24,000 nucleotides of DNA, from positions 74,065-98,064 of the forward strand of contig NZ_QEII01000240.1 of the NCBI RefSeq assembly GCF_003347515.1, in the 5' to 3' direction. Of the stretch, positions 23,344 to 24,000 are shown one piece after another (position 1 is the first letter of the stretch; every line of letters begins with the position of its first letter). The stretch comes from Rhodoferax ferrireducens. GTDB taxonomy: Bacteria; Pseudomonadota; Gammaproteobacteria; Burkholderiales; Burkholderiaceae_C. The position numbers and the translations under genes are program-made. Below the pieces are notes generated by a model. It was not told the origin of the DNA. It saw only the letters and a list, made by a program, of their open reading frames with translations, and did no database searches.

Positions 23344-24000
23344 ATGATGAAACAATTGGAAATTCGGCGAATGGCCAGCCTGGCTGTATTGTGCGGCATC
23401 GCGGGCGCTGTATCCGCCCAGGAATCGCCGTGGTTTGTGCGCGTTGGTGCCGCATCCGTTCAATACCAATCCGATGCGGACATTACAGTCGGGGGAGGCC
23501 CGGTGCCAGGGGCCGCGTTGAGCCTGAGTGACAGCACGACCCTCGCGGCCGAGATCGGATACTGGCTCACGCCCTCGGTAGCCCTGCGGGCAACGGTGGG
23601 GATACCGCCGAGTACGCGCATCGAAGGTCGGGGTACGGTGGCTGGCTTAGGTCAGTTAGGCGAGATCAAGTATGCGCCAGCGATGTTTACCGGCACGTAC
23701 AGCTTCGACCTCGGAACCATCAAGCCTTACATTGGTGGCGGGATCGCCTACATGCATATCCTGGAGTCAAATGACGGCGCAGTCGCGGGCCTGGACGTGG
23801 AGAGCCGGTTTGGTGGCGTGCTGCAAGCCGGCGTGGATATTCCCATCGACAAGTCGTGGGGATTGTTCGTCGACTTCCGCAAGCTGTACTGGAAAACCAA
23901 GGCAACCGGAACAGTCCCCGCATTCGGCGGAGCGCCCGTCCAGGCCGACTTGAACCCCTCTCCGTTCGTGGTGATGGCCGGGGTATCGAAGCGTTTTTGA
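23344..24000 (+). CDS. alkL: OmpW/AlkL-family outer-membrane beta-barrel (uptake channel for hydrophobic substrates)
   Basis: 218 aa, with the stop TGA at 23998-24000, exactly at the window end. The signal peptide is LAVLCGIAGAVSAQE. VGGGPVPGAALSLSDSTTL compares with AlkL VGGGALPNADVSIGNDTTL. It has an alternating beta-strand pattern and a C-terminal aromatic residue (..VSKRF). The second ATG (23347) has better SD spacing. Confidence 0.85.
   Translation: MMKQLEIRRMASLAVLCGIAGAVSAQESPWFVRVGAASVQYQSDADITVGGGPVPGAALSLSDSTTLAAEIGYWLTPSVALRATVGIPPSTRIEGRGTVAGLGQLGEIKYAPAMFTGTYSFDLGTIKPYIGGGIAYMHILESNDGAVAGLDVESRFGGVLQAGVDIPIDKSWGLFVDFRKLYWKTKATGTVPAFGGAPVQADLNPSPFVVMAGVSKRF

Noticed and set aside
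20315-23455. Minus-strand ORFs 20315..21361 (348 aa) and 22280..23455 (391 aa)
   Set aside because: They are antisense shadows of the GMC oxidoreductase and acyl-CoA ligase genes, with Arg/Ala/Gly-rich junk composition.
1-24000. A scan for tRNA, rRNA, CRISPR arrays, large direct repeats or defence-system genes
   Set aside because: I found no cloverleaf-like or rRNA-like segments, no regularly spaced repeats and no nuclease, methylase or NTPase defence-type ORFs. The window is almost fully occupied by catabolic and transport genes.

Overview
This is a high-GC, Burkholderiales-like accessory catabolic region with no rRNA, tRNA or CRISPR that I can see. It has four blocks.

(1) Minus strand, 1-11250: a TetR-headed operon. 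It encodes a split B12-dependent acyl-CoA mutase (small and large subunits), a MeaB-type G-protein chaperone fused to a PaaI-type hotdog thioesterase, an AMP-forming acyl-CoA synthetase, and a five-gene Liv-type ABC importer.

(2) 11.3-12.4 kb: a decayed junction. It holds an IS1182-like transposase remnant with an in-frame TGA, frameshifts and deletions, a stub of an SDR C-terminus, and a second PaaI-like thioesterase gene that has no stop codon.

(3) Minus strand, 12421-18146: a copper membrane monooxygenase operon in C-A-B order (PmoC/AmoC, PmoA/AmoA and PmoB/AmoB families). It is followed by a translationally coupled, membrane-anchored periplasmic protein of unknown function and a quinohemoprotein PQQ alcohol dehydrogenase.

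(4) Plus strand, 18371-24000, divergent from block 3: aldehyde dehydrogenase, GMC alcohol dehydrogenase, acyl-CoA ligase and an OmpW-family porin. This is the order and these are the families of alkH-alkJ-alkK-alkL, but no alkB, alkF or alkG is present.

The main hypothesis is a short-chain hydrocarbon oxidation island in which a CuMMO supplies the hydroxylase step. It sits next to an atypical B12 mutase module that could rearrange branched acyl-CoA products. All calls come from hand translation and remembered family motifs; no searches were run.
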